Assembly (NCBI GenBank): GCA_000708835.1
Contig: DF237459.1
Coordinates: 1 to 64,000, forward strand
Source: Klebsormidium nitens
Taxonomy: Eukaryota; Plantae; Klebsormidiophyceae
Direction of reading: 5' to 3'
DNA length: 64,000 nt
The notes under the pieces are model-generated. The model did no database searches and had not been told where the DNA came from. It saw only the letters and a program-made list of their open reading frames with translations. Both the position numbers and the translations under genes were made by a program. Position 1 is the stretch's first letter, and each line of letters opens with the position of its first letter. Shown one piece after another: positions 38,714 to 59,994 of the stretch.

Positions 38714-39417
38714 TTTGGCAGTGGTCAAGCGCAACTCAGAATGTTAACATCAGGACGTGCCAGCTAGCTAATTCATACGCAGATTCATCCTGTATGTATC
38801 GTTTACCTTCAAAATTCAGTCTCTAGGATAGAATATTGTCCCTAGTCCCGCGATTGTTGTGACACCAACCTAGCAGCTGCAGCAGATTCGTTGATGGGAA
38901 CAGTCTAAGGTTGTTCTGCCCAAAAGCATGTTACCGTCACAGTTCAGTCAATGAGTCCAGTGCGGGCCTGGCAAATGAGAAAGCAAGGCTGCTCAGCTGG
39001 GAATGTCTATCGCTGGAGAGTCTGCACACTTTCAGGGAAATGGGCCACATGTAGATTCCTCGCAGAAAATATCTTGAGCATCGCACAATCTGCTCAACTC
39101 GCAACTTGTGCATATCAAGCAGGGCAACTCGAACCTAGTGATGGTCAGGGCTGTCAGAACGCCGGTGAATTCAACTTGCTGCTCTTCAATCAAAGTTTGG
39201 AAGATTCCAAAAGCAAAGTGCGTGTCAGAAAAAGAGCAGCTTGTCAGAAATAGAGCTTGCCATGAGGTTGCCATGGAGCAGCTCAGTGTTTCTGGCTACG
39301 CCATCCATGCTCTAGGACTACGCATCATGCAAAGAACTGGGTCGATGACTGATTGCGTTTGTAGCATGCAGCTTGTCAAAGTCAAAGAGCCGCAAAGCTA
39401 GCCTGCCTAAAAGAACT

Positions 39418-39597
39418 CGGACTAATTTAGGTATAATAAGCGGCAGGTATAATATTAAGCTCCACAGGCTGGGACGGGTGGGGTTAGTTTGGGGGTTAGG
39501 GTGGGTACGGGTGTGGAGCAGGTAGATGGCTGGGTTAGGGTTTTAGTGTTAGTTGGAGCTTATTATACCTAGCTCTTATTATACCTAAATTAGTCCG
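39418..39597. mobile_element. MITE-like element (180 bp) with perfect 23-bp TIRs and a G-rich core
   Basis: CGGACTAATTTAGGTATAATAAG (39418-39440) is the exact reverse complement of CTTATTATACCTAAATTAGTCCG (39575-39597), with subterminal AGGTATAAT repeats. The core is homologous to 46487-46664. No clear TSD was found. Confidence 0.72.
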
Positions 39598-40702
39598 TCA
39601 ATGGCCTAAAAGTGCGCGGGGGAAGCGCGCTGCGCCTGGTGAGCTACCGGTACCTTTCAGCTACCTATTCTCGCGAGTCCGCAATGACAGATTCTACCGA
39701 CAGATGACTCGTCAATCCAGTACATGACATAGTAGTACCTGAGCAGTAGCGTAGTGTGGCCTGCAAGTGATCCTTGGCGCCCAATCGCCCAACCCAATCC
39801 TGATCAACAGTCCGATCAACACCAGTACACCAGTAAGATGCTCGCGCGCACATCATCGATTACTAATCGGACGGTTATCAAAAACGATGAGCTGATCGCA
39901 CGGCCATGCTGGGTTCCAAGCAAATTGGACTTACATAGTGACTGCATGGGGCGCAAACCTAAGGCTGTAGCTAGAGCCCAGCTTTGCAGTTTGAGCAGAC
40001 GGGGAGCAGACTCACCATGCAACGGGTCTTTCCACACCCCTTCCACACAGATCGAGCGGGTGTTCCAAGTTGTTTTGGGCATTCGCTGAGCACTCAAGGT
40101 GTTGCGCGCAAAGTGGTCCGGGTGGCCTCGTGCGACGGTCGACTTGATCATTTAATGCAGAGGTTCATTTCAGCCCCATCACGTTCTGGAGCACGGTGGT
40201 AGTGGCGATTTGATTCAACTGAACACTGACGTACCGCGGTGTTTTTGCGATGAAGTATGACACGACTAGCTGTAAGAGTCGGCGGATGGGACGCGGTAAA
40301 TTAAATACTCGTGCAATGTTTTCTTGGCAACGGCGTTGAACGTTGCGACCCCGCCGCTGTACAGTCGCTCGCCAAACCTGGCAACAACACCCGCTCTGTG
40401 TATAAAGTCGGACACTTGCCAAAAGACAGTGATCAACTTGAAATTGACATGGCGCGCTAGTTAGTGTGCTGTATGTTGGTCGTGTTTGAGGCCCCGTTGC
40501 TCGTGAATAGAGAGAATGTAGATGGTGTTGTACTTTTGTTGGCAGCCTCTCAGCTAGGTGGGCCCGAGAACAAAGACCTAGACTCAGTGCAGATCGTTTA
40601 CCATACACATAAATGACAAGAAGCGTTTCGATCAGGACAACGTAGACAAGCGGGATAAACTGCGCCGATTGCGACCAACATAACCAATTTTTTTCTGTTA
40701 TT

Positions 40703-43700
40703 CTACTTGTTTGACGACATGCGTTTCGTGTGGTCTTGCCATGCAAGCATTGCAGCCCCAACAGCCGGGTCCTGCTTTGATATGACTGCTTTCGCATGGG
40801 GGTATTTTTCTGTAAGCTTCCTGGTCACTTTCTCGGCCACGAAACTGCCGTCCGACAACACGCCTCCTACCAGAACCAAGGGAAATGACGCGGTACCATC
40901 TGCAGAAGGGATCGGAAGTCATATCAATAAAGCGCAAAAAAAGGTTGACGAAAGCGCGAGCTCAAAAGAGGAGGTGGCCTTGTGTCATAGTTCTTTGAAA
41001 GTAGCTTTAGAGGACAAAAAGGTAACAAAGGATGATAAGAAGTGGCTGTATACAGCACGAGGAAAAATTGGACCGCCGGAATCGGGATCCAGTTAAACCG
41101 GTTGCTATGCGGCTGTGATCTACGAACTGATACTTAAAGCCACACCCATCCACGTGCAACATCACGATGGAGTTTTCAACGGCAAGAATGAACAAGAATA
41201 GACTCTTTTCGCAAAAGAGAGAGACAGAGTATAGCCCAAACTTCTGTACCTTCGCCTCCTAGCTTTGGCCGCCACACAACCGCCTCGACGGGGCAATGAT
41301 TGGAAGAGAACGATTGTTGTCGCAAAAAACTGGGGGAGAGAACATGGCTGAATTTTGTACCTTCGCCTCCTAGTTTCAGCCGCCTCACAACCGCCTCGAC
41401 GGTGCTCGCCAGCTCTTCCACAGCCTCTTCTAAGATCCGCAGTGCGACCGCGTCTCCCGCTGCGGCCGTGTCTTTCACGACGGGAACCAAAGCGGCGACG
41501 CGAGCCCACGAGTGGTCCTTATAGGCCCAACTGCGGAGAAGAAACCGAGAGTTTCCGCATCTGCTTCCGAAGGGGATATGACAGTTTTTGCGGCTTTCAG
41601 GGACTGCGACAGAGCCGGCAGATACTTTCTCTACGGCGGCCAACAACGAAGATTATAGAAGCACTCAAGAGGAAAACCAAAGGGCTAAGAGTGAAGACGT
41701 CTCCGGCAACTGATGTGAGTCTCACGCCCCGAACGAACAAGGTTGGTTTGAATCCACCACAGGAGCCGACGGTCACATGAAGGGCAATGGCTGACTAGAT
41801 CAGCGGCGGAACGCGGCCTGCCAGCCCCTGGGAATGAATTCTGCGTGATTGCAAACGAGTTCGCCGTCCTTTGCGGAAACGAGAACGAGAATTGGATGGA
41901 AATCGCATGACCTTGGAGTAAGACACAAGTACGGAAACTCGAAAATCCTCTTTTTCAGAGAAGATGATTAAAGCAGCATGCCAACGTATCTGAGCACCGC
42001 AACAAATCTCGGGATAAACCATCGGACTCGTCTGTGAGTGTTTCCAACTCTCCAAGCAGGAGTATGAGAGACAGAAGAGCAAAGTTTCGTCATCAGCCTT
42101 ATCGAGCAACTCAAGAATTGCTCGAGCGCAGCCCAACCAAACGAAAGCCCATGTGCTCCAGAAAGCAAGGAGACTCGTCTGAAACTGACAGTCGTAAGGG
42201 GGATAGTCACATAAGTACCTGAAAAACCACGACACGTTAGTTAATCAACGGCCTTCGCAGGCTCGCCTGAGCATACCTCTGAGACCGCTTCACCACAATT
42301 GTAAACCCCATGTTGCAAAATGTCAAAAGCTCACCCTATAAGATCCTCTGGTTTCGAAAGCCCCAGCTTCGCGAGGATTGCGCCCGTCAACTTCGTCTCG
42401 GGGCCCCGTCCGTCGTCCGCCCGCATCACTGCGGACAGTGCTTCGGACGCAATAGCGTGGCCGCTGCAGCAATAGGAGTGAGGTGGAGCGGCTCAAAAGT
42501 CTTTTCCAGGGGCAACAGAGCAGCGCCGCTTGAAGGGCAGAACCTGACGCAAGCCTTATTCTATTAGCTCAGGTTTCTGAAGGCATTAGAGCTCAGGTTT
42601 CTGAAGGCATTAGAGCGACTTTCAGTCAAAGTACCTTCGTGAAGCGATTGCAACGGCCGCAGGACATCTGCTGCCCTCGAGCACCTAGCATGATCATGAC
42701 AAGCTCGATTTGTAAAGATATGAGGCTAACACCAGACCCAAAGACGTCCCCGCACCCTCGCCCTCCCTTTATCCCTGCCTGAACCCACCCATCCGGGAAG
42801 GTCGTGTGATCATGAAATGCGCTCATCCTAACGAAGTCAGAAACGACTCTCACCTCCCCCGGTCCCCCAGAGCTGGCCCCGCCCCCGCAGCACGACACGT
42901 TCTCCCATCTTCCGCAACACCATAGGCTATCGTCCCCGTCCCCGCTATAAGCACGCAGCCGTGAAGCTTCCCGCCAGTCCCCGTGGCCAGAGCGGCTATG
43001 GCATCGTTATGGACTGACACGTCAACAGTAGGGTCCGGAAAAATCGACCTGTAGAAACGCGTTGGAAATAGATTGTAAGTCTCTGAAGCGGGTTTGCTGG
43101 TGTTCGAAGAGAGTAAAGACTGAAAGCCCTGCAATCGACGGCAACTGTGTTTGGAGGGCTGCCGTAAGCAAGTAACCGCTAGTTACAGCCAGATGAGACA
43201 CCCCAACTCTAGCCTGACATAGCTTGTTGTTGGCTGGTGAGTTCACTCCTCAAGACGACTTGGCACAAGACCTAAGACGCTGAATAAAGTAGCACATGCT
43301 TTGAACACCACAAGGACTTGCTTCATGGACCAACAGGATCGAGTTTGGCCCATCGCGACACACCTTATTCACCTTTGTACAAAACTTGTGAAAGACTCCA
43401 GATGCTGTTCCAACAAGCGCCACTACAAACAACACGAACTTTTGCAACCATGACGTAAGAGGATAAGTTCAGCTGATCAGGACACACCTTATCCATCCTA
43501 AGACGAGCTCGATGTCAGATGGCCTGTCCACTCCTGACATCCCCATGCAGACTCGTTGCACGGCTGCCCTTGGGACTCGAGCTGCGGAGAGCGCCTTTGC
43601 AATTGCCGCCTCGATTGCCCTGTGAGCCGTCTCCTCTGCAAACCAATGTGGCGACCTTCCGTGAACAACTTCGGTTGTTGCACCATCTGGTTTTTAAATA

Positions 43701-44509
43701 TGGACATGTCGCTCTATTAGTGTTCCACCAGAATGCTCCTTGAAAGGGACTGCACGTATGCTTTTTCATATTGAGGATACATTGTCTCATCCTTTCAATG
43801 TCCTGGTAAGATGGCCAAAAAGCTGTCATTTCAAGAAATAGGCGACCACTCTCAGCAATCCGTTCAGATTCTATCCTGCCAGCTTTGGTTTACCTTTTCA
43901 AAACAGAGTTATGTACGCTGTTTGAGCCTGCAGACGGTCAGAATAACGATTTGTATAGTTCCTCCTAATTGCTGACGATGTTTTAGTGCACCATCTTTAA
44001 AGGACAAGTCTCTGTCCAACAGAGTTAGGCAAACCGTCAATTCCCCAGGGCCCCCCATGCTTGTGTTTAAGAGAGCGCCTGGGAGTCACCTCCCAAGCAG
44101 GCATGCCAGCTTCTTCAATTGAACACCAGATCTTCCTCAATGTGCCCTGCAAACATGCTTGATTGCCGGGGAAAAAAACCCAATCTATAACGACCTCCAG
44201 CTGGTAAAACACCGTTCTGCAGGGCTCTTTCAGCTCCCTCCAGCTCATCAATTTCTGCTCAAACCCTGACACCGAGGTCAATGACGACTCACCCCCAACG
44301 CTGTGGTAATTTGAGCTCCCAGCTGATCCCCCTCCCAGCACATTCCCACAAGCGACAGAATCTGACCCGCTTTTTGGCTCTGCACATTCCATCACGACAC
44401 ACGAAGTATTGGTGCCTCCGCCGTCAACCCCAAGTACGACCTGCGCCCCGCCTCTGTCAATCCACTCCCTCGCAGAGATCTCGTTGGACCAGGGGGCAGG
44501 ATCGGCCAT
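40703..44509 (-). CDS. GNK: N-acetyl-D-glucosamine kinase (BadF/BcrA-D ATPase family; ~351 aa, 6 exons)
   Basis: Exons 44509-44293, 43635-43488, 43048-42854, 42463-42335, 41530-41361, 40899-40703 (1056 nt). Motifs VLGVDGGGTNT, HNDAIAAL, LIAGTGTIAYG, GDRGSG, WARVAALVP, FPLVLVGGVL and DPAVGAAMLA. Confidence 0.92.
42566..42613. repeat. Perfect 24-bp tandem duplication in a GNK intron
   Basis: agctcaggtttctgaaggcattag x2. Confidence 0.9.
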
Positions 44510-45518
44510 GCTACCTGCTCACAAAAGCGACGCTTGCCAACTCTACTTCAGTCTTTACCTAAGTTCACCTTCAACTCTGCTCAGAGTCAGACTGCCTGGC
44601 AACTATATGGCGTTAGTTAACCTGATCTGGTTATGACGAAAACCGAAGGTTAAAAACCTCTGGCGTCAACATCTATGTATTCACGTGAAGGAGAAAGCGG
44701 CATCCCTGTCAACGATCCACGCCTATATAAGAGGGCACGTCTTAATTCATGACTTCACGTACTTTGACACCATCACCCGTGCACGGGTTTAACCAGATTT
44801 GCTTCCCCAGAGGCAATATTCAGGCTTGCTGGGTTTTGCTCGCGCGGTTCGCGGCCGGCACGTTGCAGCCGCGGCCGCGGGCGCTTGTGCTGAGCGCCAC
44901 CGTCCGGCCCCGGACGGTTCAACTTGAACGTCTGAGGTCTCCCGGCAGTCCGGTCATCAGTGCATCTCAATGCATGCATATATGGAGGTCGCAGCGCTGC
45001 CAGGCACCGCAATGAGGCCCGCTCGTCCGGTCCCGGGCCACCTTTCGAATGATGTGCAATTTACCATCGGTAAATTGTGCAAAGCACTTACATATGCGCC
45101 GTGCACCGATCATTTCACACATGTGCGGCGTTCAAATCTACTTAATGCATGATTGATGCCCATATGGCTGAATGGGTTCGAGCCCTGGCCCTTGCTAGCC
45201 GGATCTACAAACGTGGAAAAAGCTTCAGTTGAGATACACGGCCTCAAGAGACTCGTGCCGGACGTGAGCTTTGAAAGTGTGTTGCGGTGTTTGTGACTCA
45301 TATCTTGGACGGGGCCCCGATTGGTACATAAGCGTGACTGCAAAACCTTCTCAAATTGCGCAGCCATTGCACATGACCTGGCCGCTTGGTAGATTGGCTT
45401 GAACGTCCCGGATCATTGGCTTTAAGTGCACAAATCCACCCTATGTGACATCAAACCGAAGACACCAGGGAAACGACTGAGGAAAAGCTTAGGAACATAG
45501 CCTCTCTCCTGACTTCTG

Positions 45519-54241
<8,723 letters not shown>

Positions 54242-54538
54242 GTTTGAAGCTCCGCCTGGGAACAATCCTGTCAGATGCGCGGCCCAGTTCGAACTTTGAT
54301 GAAGAGAGACCATGGAACTGCCTGTGGAAGGAGGGATGTGAGAAGAGTGCTCGCATGCTTCACGGTGTTACCACAGAAAAGCAGAATGCTTTAGAACGTC
54401 AGCGGTAACGACTCCCGTCCCGTTTCGCAAACAGGTTGAGAGGGGGTGTTACCGCTGAAGTGGCAAAAAACCGCCAATTCCCCGGCGCCATGGTGATCCC
54501 TTCCTTCTGAAGCCTGAGCAAACTTCACTTCCCAGAGC

Positions 54539-54572
54539 AGAGTACCTACTAAACTGAGAGTACCTACTAAAC
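54539..54572. repeat. 18-bp tandem duplication in the NSUN5/MYND divergent intergenic region
   Basis: agagtacctactaaac-tg-agagtacctactaaac. Confidence 0.85.
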
Positions 54573-54668
54573 CTCATGATGCCTCAGGCAAGTTTTGTGA
54601 TGCATTTCACGTTGGCGCTTCAGAAGCCTCTCAACAGAGCTCAGAGCCCTTTTCCTGCAATCAGCGCC

Positions 54669-55355
54669 ATGCCTGCTTGTGATGTCTGTGGATGCGAGAC
54701 AAAGAATCGGTGTGGCCGGTGCCAAGCCACTCTCTACTGCACTCGGGCGCACCAGGCGGAAGCCTGGAAGCAACACAGGCCGTCGTGCATTTCGCCAGCT
54801 CCTGAAACAAATGTCCATTTCCCAGGGTATACCCCACAGCCGAGTTATGATCAAAGGGGCGAAGCTAGATGGGCCATGGACTGAGGTACAAATCGACGAA
54901 GACGACCCCATTTGGACGGAAGGTGTGATCTGTCCAGTCCCGCATCTGTTTGGGTGCCTTTGATTATTTGGAGGCACATCCGAAGGGACCCACTTTCTTC
55001 CCCGCGTGACCAAAAGCTCGACAACCAGCCCGCAACCTGGCTCATGATCGATCCGCACACTGGGTTCGCGCCTCCCGCCTGGCAAGGCAATGTAGGCCCC
55101 GTGACGATCGCACGGAGCGATAAGCAGCCGTTGCTATCGGCGCAACTTGACGTGATCCATGAGTTCATGAGCCACTTGCTGGACATGTTTGGTGTGACGG
55201 GAATGCCTGGTTCGGTTCCCCGCGACAGAATGGGCAGGGACGCGTTCCGGCGGTTCTGGCGAATGATGGTGCCCGGGAAGAAAGCGGACCAGCTGGTGTA
55301 TGGACGGAACAGGGCCAATCAAGTGGACTGGGATGCGGTGCCGTGCCCTTGCTAG
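54669..55355 (+). pseudogene. Intronless MYND zinc-finger protein gene with two frameshifts
   Basis: MYND pattern CDVC...CGRCQATLYCTRAHQAEAWKQHRPSC in the first frame. GPWTEVQIDEDDPIWTEGVICPVPHLFG lies in the +1 frame, then VPLIIWRH...DNQPATWLMIDPHTGFAPPAWQGNVGPVTIARSD returns to the first frame, which has TGA at 54882-54884. Confidence 0.7.
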
Positions 55356-58086
55356 TGGGCGAGAGAAAAGGTGAGTTCAAATTTGGCTGGTAATGTGATG
55401 TAAGAGCTCTGACCACGTATGGTCTGTTTCAGCTTGGTTGGAATTCTAGCGAATGCATCTGTGGTTTTGGTTTCAATTGCTGATAGAGCCATTGAGCAAA
55501 TGAGCTGTTAAGGTGCTGTCAAGCTGTTAAGCAGTTCAGCTGCGGTTAAACCGTTGAGCTGCCAGCTTCTTCAGCTTTCTGTCCTCCTAATGAGAAGCTG
55601 CTGATTTCTTCAGGATGTTCCTATCTCTCTCCTTGGACAATCTGGCTGGTGACTCTCTTATATTCAGGGCTGGAGACATGCAAGGCTAGAGTCGGACTCT
55701 GTCCTGCACTTAGAATGAGGCTTGTTAAGCAGCCTCTGAGCATGATGAATCTTCATTCTGAGCGTGGTGAATCTGTTAGCAGTAGCTTTTGTAACTGAGT
55801 GCTGGCAGTACCATTCAATAAAAAGCCTACAAATGTACCTCACGTCGTGAACTACCTCAGACTTCATTCTGCAATCATCTCAGCATGACTGGTGGTAAGT
55901 GGCACTTGAATGCCAGCTGGACAAATGCAGCAACGCAAGGACCAAGGCTGTTGAACCATCAGATGGGTTGACATTACCGATGTTTTGGGGAGGGACCCAT
56001 GAAAGTGTTCTGAGCAACCCAGCTCTGAGAGGTTCCAAAGCCTCAGTACGAGGGAAGCATTTGGAGCTTTGCTGGTGGCTTACCAACTAGTTTACCTTTC
56101 TGTGACTTAGCTGTCGTCCTTCCAGACTTTCGATTTTGTCAACTTCCACTTCGATGATTTCAGAACTCTGGGCAGTGCCGGGAGCTAGAGTGAGCGTGTC
56201 CTGATTCTTTGTCTCTTAGTCTGATGTTTGCAACAGCTGCGGCAGTTAAGGATTGCTTTTCCTTTTCGCTCAGAGCATTGATGATTCCGTTTGAGCGACG
56301 CCCCAATAAATTTTGGCGGAGGAAGTGTCCATAAAGAGAACCGCTTTCAGCCATCGGCTTTGTTTCCAGGTAGTATTTCAGGGCAATGGAAAGCGAAATG
56401 GATCTTCGTCACCAAGTTTGCGGGCGACTCAAGTCCTGGCACACAGTGGGGAACGAGCTCCGGGTTGGCTTCATCGAAACTTCTTGTCTATGAGTAGAGG
56501 ATAAAAGTTAATGTATGAACCATTTCTGTTGGCTTATCAATCTGCGAACGCTTCTTGTTTGTCTGACGTGCAGGTCAACTAGACATGTCGCTGTTTAAAG
56601 GAGGCCTGAACGACGCCTGAAGACAATTTAGCCAGGCCAGAACGACGCTTGAGAACAATATGTAAATAGAGACGGACTAGGGGAGATCGGCACTTTTGCT
56701 GCCCGTTTTCAAACGGCGCGTGAACCCGGATGAGCAGCTCGATGCCATGATGTCGAGTCAAGGCTTTGATGTGTTTGATGCTGCCAGTAAATCGTGCCAA
56801 GAAGCTTTTGGTCGTCTATGCAAAGAAGGCTGTGGAAGCAAGTTTCTCTACAGGTTTGTTTCGGAGGCATGGCTTTGAGTTCCTTGGCCATGTTAATGGT
56901 AAGAACTTTGACAACAATATATAACAACTTTGTTTTTGGATCCGATCACTTACAGCTTCAAATCTGCAAGCTGTCATTACTGAGGAAACGGCTAAAAGCA
57001 ATCGCATCCCAACTTGAATGGGTTGCCTCAACAATGACCGTTGTGGGCGTTTGGGCTTATTGTGGGCACCACAGTGTAAACGTGGAAATATGGTGAACGG
57101 CATCGACTGACACAGTATAGCCTCATGCGGTTTTCACAGTCTTCTCACATGTGCCACTGCAATCCGATGATCGATCTGCGACACATGCACGCGTGATATT
57201 GATCTGTGACACATGTCATACTCAGTGATCTGATGATCTGTTGGAACCATCTCAAAGTTTGTCGACCCTGCCGGATCATATGAATCAGAGTCTAGCGGTG
57301 GAAACTATAATCCTATACCTTTTAAAACCCCCATTCAACCGAAGCCAATTGAAATATCGGCCCTGCGTCCGTAAACGTGTGACTAGTATGCATGGGGCCT
57401 TTCTATTGAAAACAGTTTTGAGTAGAGACATGATACAGTGGAAAGACGAAGGAGGGTACGTTGCATTCGCCGATATCATGCATACATGATGCGCATCATG
57501 CCGCGGCGTTCGTTGGAAACTTCGACTAACCCATGCTTGATATAGAGCTCAGGAAATCTCTCAGCGCTCTCTTTTCCTAGAGCTAGGAAAAAGTACTGAC
57601 GATGTGGCACACAACTTGAACATGTATCGTGTGCATACCTAGTACATATGAAGCAAATTATGAGCGCAAGCGTGGAGATCGTTGAGAGCTGGCTGGGCCA
57701 TCCACCCATGCCGCCAAGGAGCTGGCAATATGACGTGCCCAATGGTCCAACAAAGGGCAGGGGCAGGGGCAGTGGCCTACGATACACCTTCTGCGCAGTC
57801 TCTAGTTAGTCGGTCTCATTATAGAAGGCTTCAAAATCTAAGTTGGTTCGAGGATAAGCAAGGTGCCCTTACATCCTGGAAAGCATCACCTATAATGATC
57901 TCTCTTGCAGAGCAAGCCTAAAGAGTAAGAAAGTTACAACCAGGTCAATACCTTGTTCCTTGTCTACCTTAGCTAGGTTGGAGATGTGATACAGCACCCT
58001 GTTATATGAGTAGGGGCCCAAACTTGAAACATGGCCTCAGGCGCGTTCTAGGACAGGGGTCCTGAAAAGATGGCAGATTTGCTAGC

Positions 58087-58458
58087 TCAGAGGGTCTTCG
58101 CAACAGAAGGGCAGACGCAGGTACACTCCACAGTTGGAGAGGGTGCCAGTGGCCTCTCCGTCAACCCAAGCAAGTTACCATATACAAGGGGAGCGGTCAA
58201 AAGCGTAGCAAGGAAGCCTATAAACACGTAAATGTCAGTGCTTCTGTCGTTCAGAACTTCCGCAACTTCTAAATCCAGTATTTCTTCTTCTGTCAATGTT
58301 CTATCCTCATCCTTTTTGAGGCCCCTGACGATTGTTCGACTTTGACGTCGACGAGGAAGCCTGGGGGAAATTCAGGTGCGTTCTTCTGAAAAATGCCAAT
58401 TCCCAACTCACGCCTGCCCACAGCGCATCGCTTCCCATAGCTTCCTGAACAAAGACAT
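58087..58458 (-). CDS. Possible small orphan membrane protein (2 or more exons)
   Basis: GCCATG at 58458 and a 51-nt GTGAGT...TTTCCCCCAG intron (58411-58361) give MSLFRKLWEAMRCGQALPRRRQSR...TEEEILDLEVAEVLND followed by a hydrophobic segment IYVFIGFLATLLTAPLVYGNLLGL. No family recognised. Confidence 0.35.
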
Positions 58459-59498
58459 GGCGGGCCCGCCTTTACGATCTGGGCTCCTAATTGTTGTTTT
58501 TTTGCCGCAGGGGAGCAGTACTCGAAACCTGCCTGGCAAGAACAAGGACGGCTGCAAACGGCTGATTGTGGGGGCGCCATGAAATGGGTCAACAGGCTAT
58601 GATGAAGGAGCGGCAAGGATCCTGTAGGTTGGAGAAAGCAAGTTTAGGTGTATCTCAGGCTGATCTGCTTCTCTGCTGTTCCCTTATCATTTTTCAGAAT
58701 GAACAGATCGGCCAATTTATTGTCCTCAGTGCACTGGTGGGCCCGGGGCTACTCGACTTAAGGGATCACTGTTGAGCCGGTAGCTGCCGGTTCTCGTCCT
58801 CAGGCTCTGGCTTACACGAAATTTACCGACTGACACCCACGGCAAGTATCCCCGAGCCTGCACGTGACCGTGCCAATACGCTATGTACACGGGGCTGACG
58901 GTTATTACATCGGACGGTTTCTAGGCACTACCGATCATCCGACGGTGCATTTCTGATTGCCTCCTTCCTTTACGACTTGTACGTACGACTTCTCGATGAT
59001 TCGGAGTCCTGAGTCAGCTGGGCTGCCCAGCAAGACTACGGGTCCGAGTCGATCAGTACGGTAATCAGAAGTCTAGGTACCGACTGCTACTGTAGCTGCA
59101 TGAGCTGCATGCTCCTTGCATCATGCCGGTCTGGCCAGTCCTTGCTCAGCATTCAAGTCGCGAGCCGTCTGACACATGTTTCTGAGCTGGCAAATGATTG
59201 ATCGGAGGTTGAGACCGTACAGGATGTTCTGTCGTGAGTTGGAGCTGTCAGACTCAGGGATCTTCTCAGGTTGTGCTTTCAAGGAGCCGTAACGTACGCT
59301 TGCAACGGTTTTTGTCGTGTCTGACGTTGCGTTGTATGCACGGATGACACGTCTGCACCGACAACCTCCTGTGGCAACCTGTGCTGTTCTGCTGTGTGCA
59401 GCCCGTGTGCAGTGACTTCCCATTAAGTTGCTGGGAATTGTCATTACTGTCGGCAATTGTCGGCAATTCCCAATTATTGCTGGGAACCGTGAGACGGG

Positions 59499-59507
59499 AG
59501 TATAAAA
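59499..59507 (+). promoter_or_regulatory. TATA box upstream of the orphan gene
   Basis: gtataaaag, preceded by an array of TTCCCA/TGGGAA half-sites (59417-59486). Confidence 0.35.
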
Positions 59508-59994
59508 GACCTCCAAATCTCACTTTGCAACTTCATTTTCCGAGTTCAAGATTCAGGAGCGCCAGTAGGAGTCGCCGTACTCAGCCACTGCCTGAGGCTC
59601 AAAGCTGCTACTGTCTGCACGTAACCCTCAAGCTCCTAAGTGGATGCTGACTACTCTTATACTCTTGTCCGAGTCAGTCTTGTAACCCTAGATTGGCCTA
59701 GATCATGCACTTGGTTGGGCTTCACTGAATACTCACTGAGGTCTGCCACCTTATACCGGCCAGGCTACTAGCTCAAGTGACCCACTCAACCACCGTGGCC
59801 ACAGACTCTCTCAGTAAATACTAGCACCACTTCCAAAATGGAGCTGGTTCATTGTCCAATATAGCTGTACACCCATACAGCCCATACAGCAAGCCCATAC
59901 TACAGTAAGCACAGCCACCTGCAACCCCACTGCTGGCCTCTTATGATACTGCCAGTGGTACAGTAAAGAGTGTTACTATTGAAATAAGTAAATC

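Noticed and set aside
56874-56891. FEFLGH, similar to the retroelement RT 'FLGH' motif
   Set aside because: No upstream YxDD or other RT motifs, and surrounding frames are full of stops.
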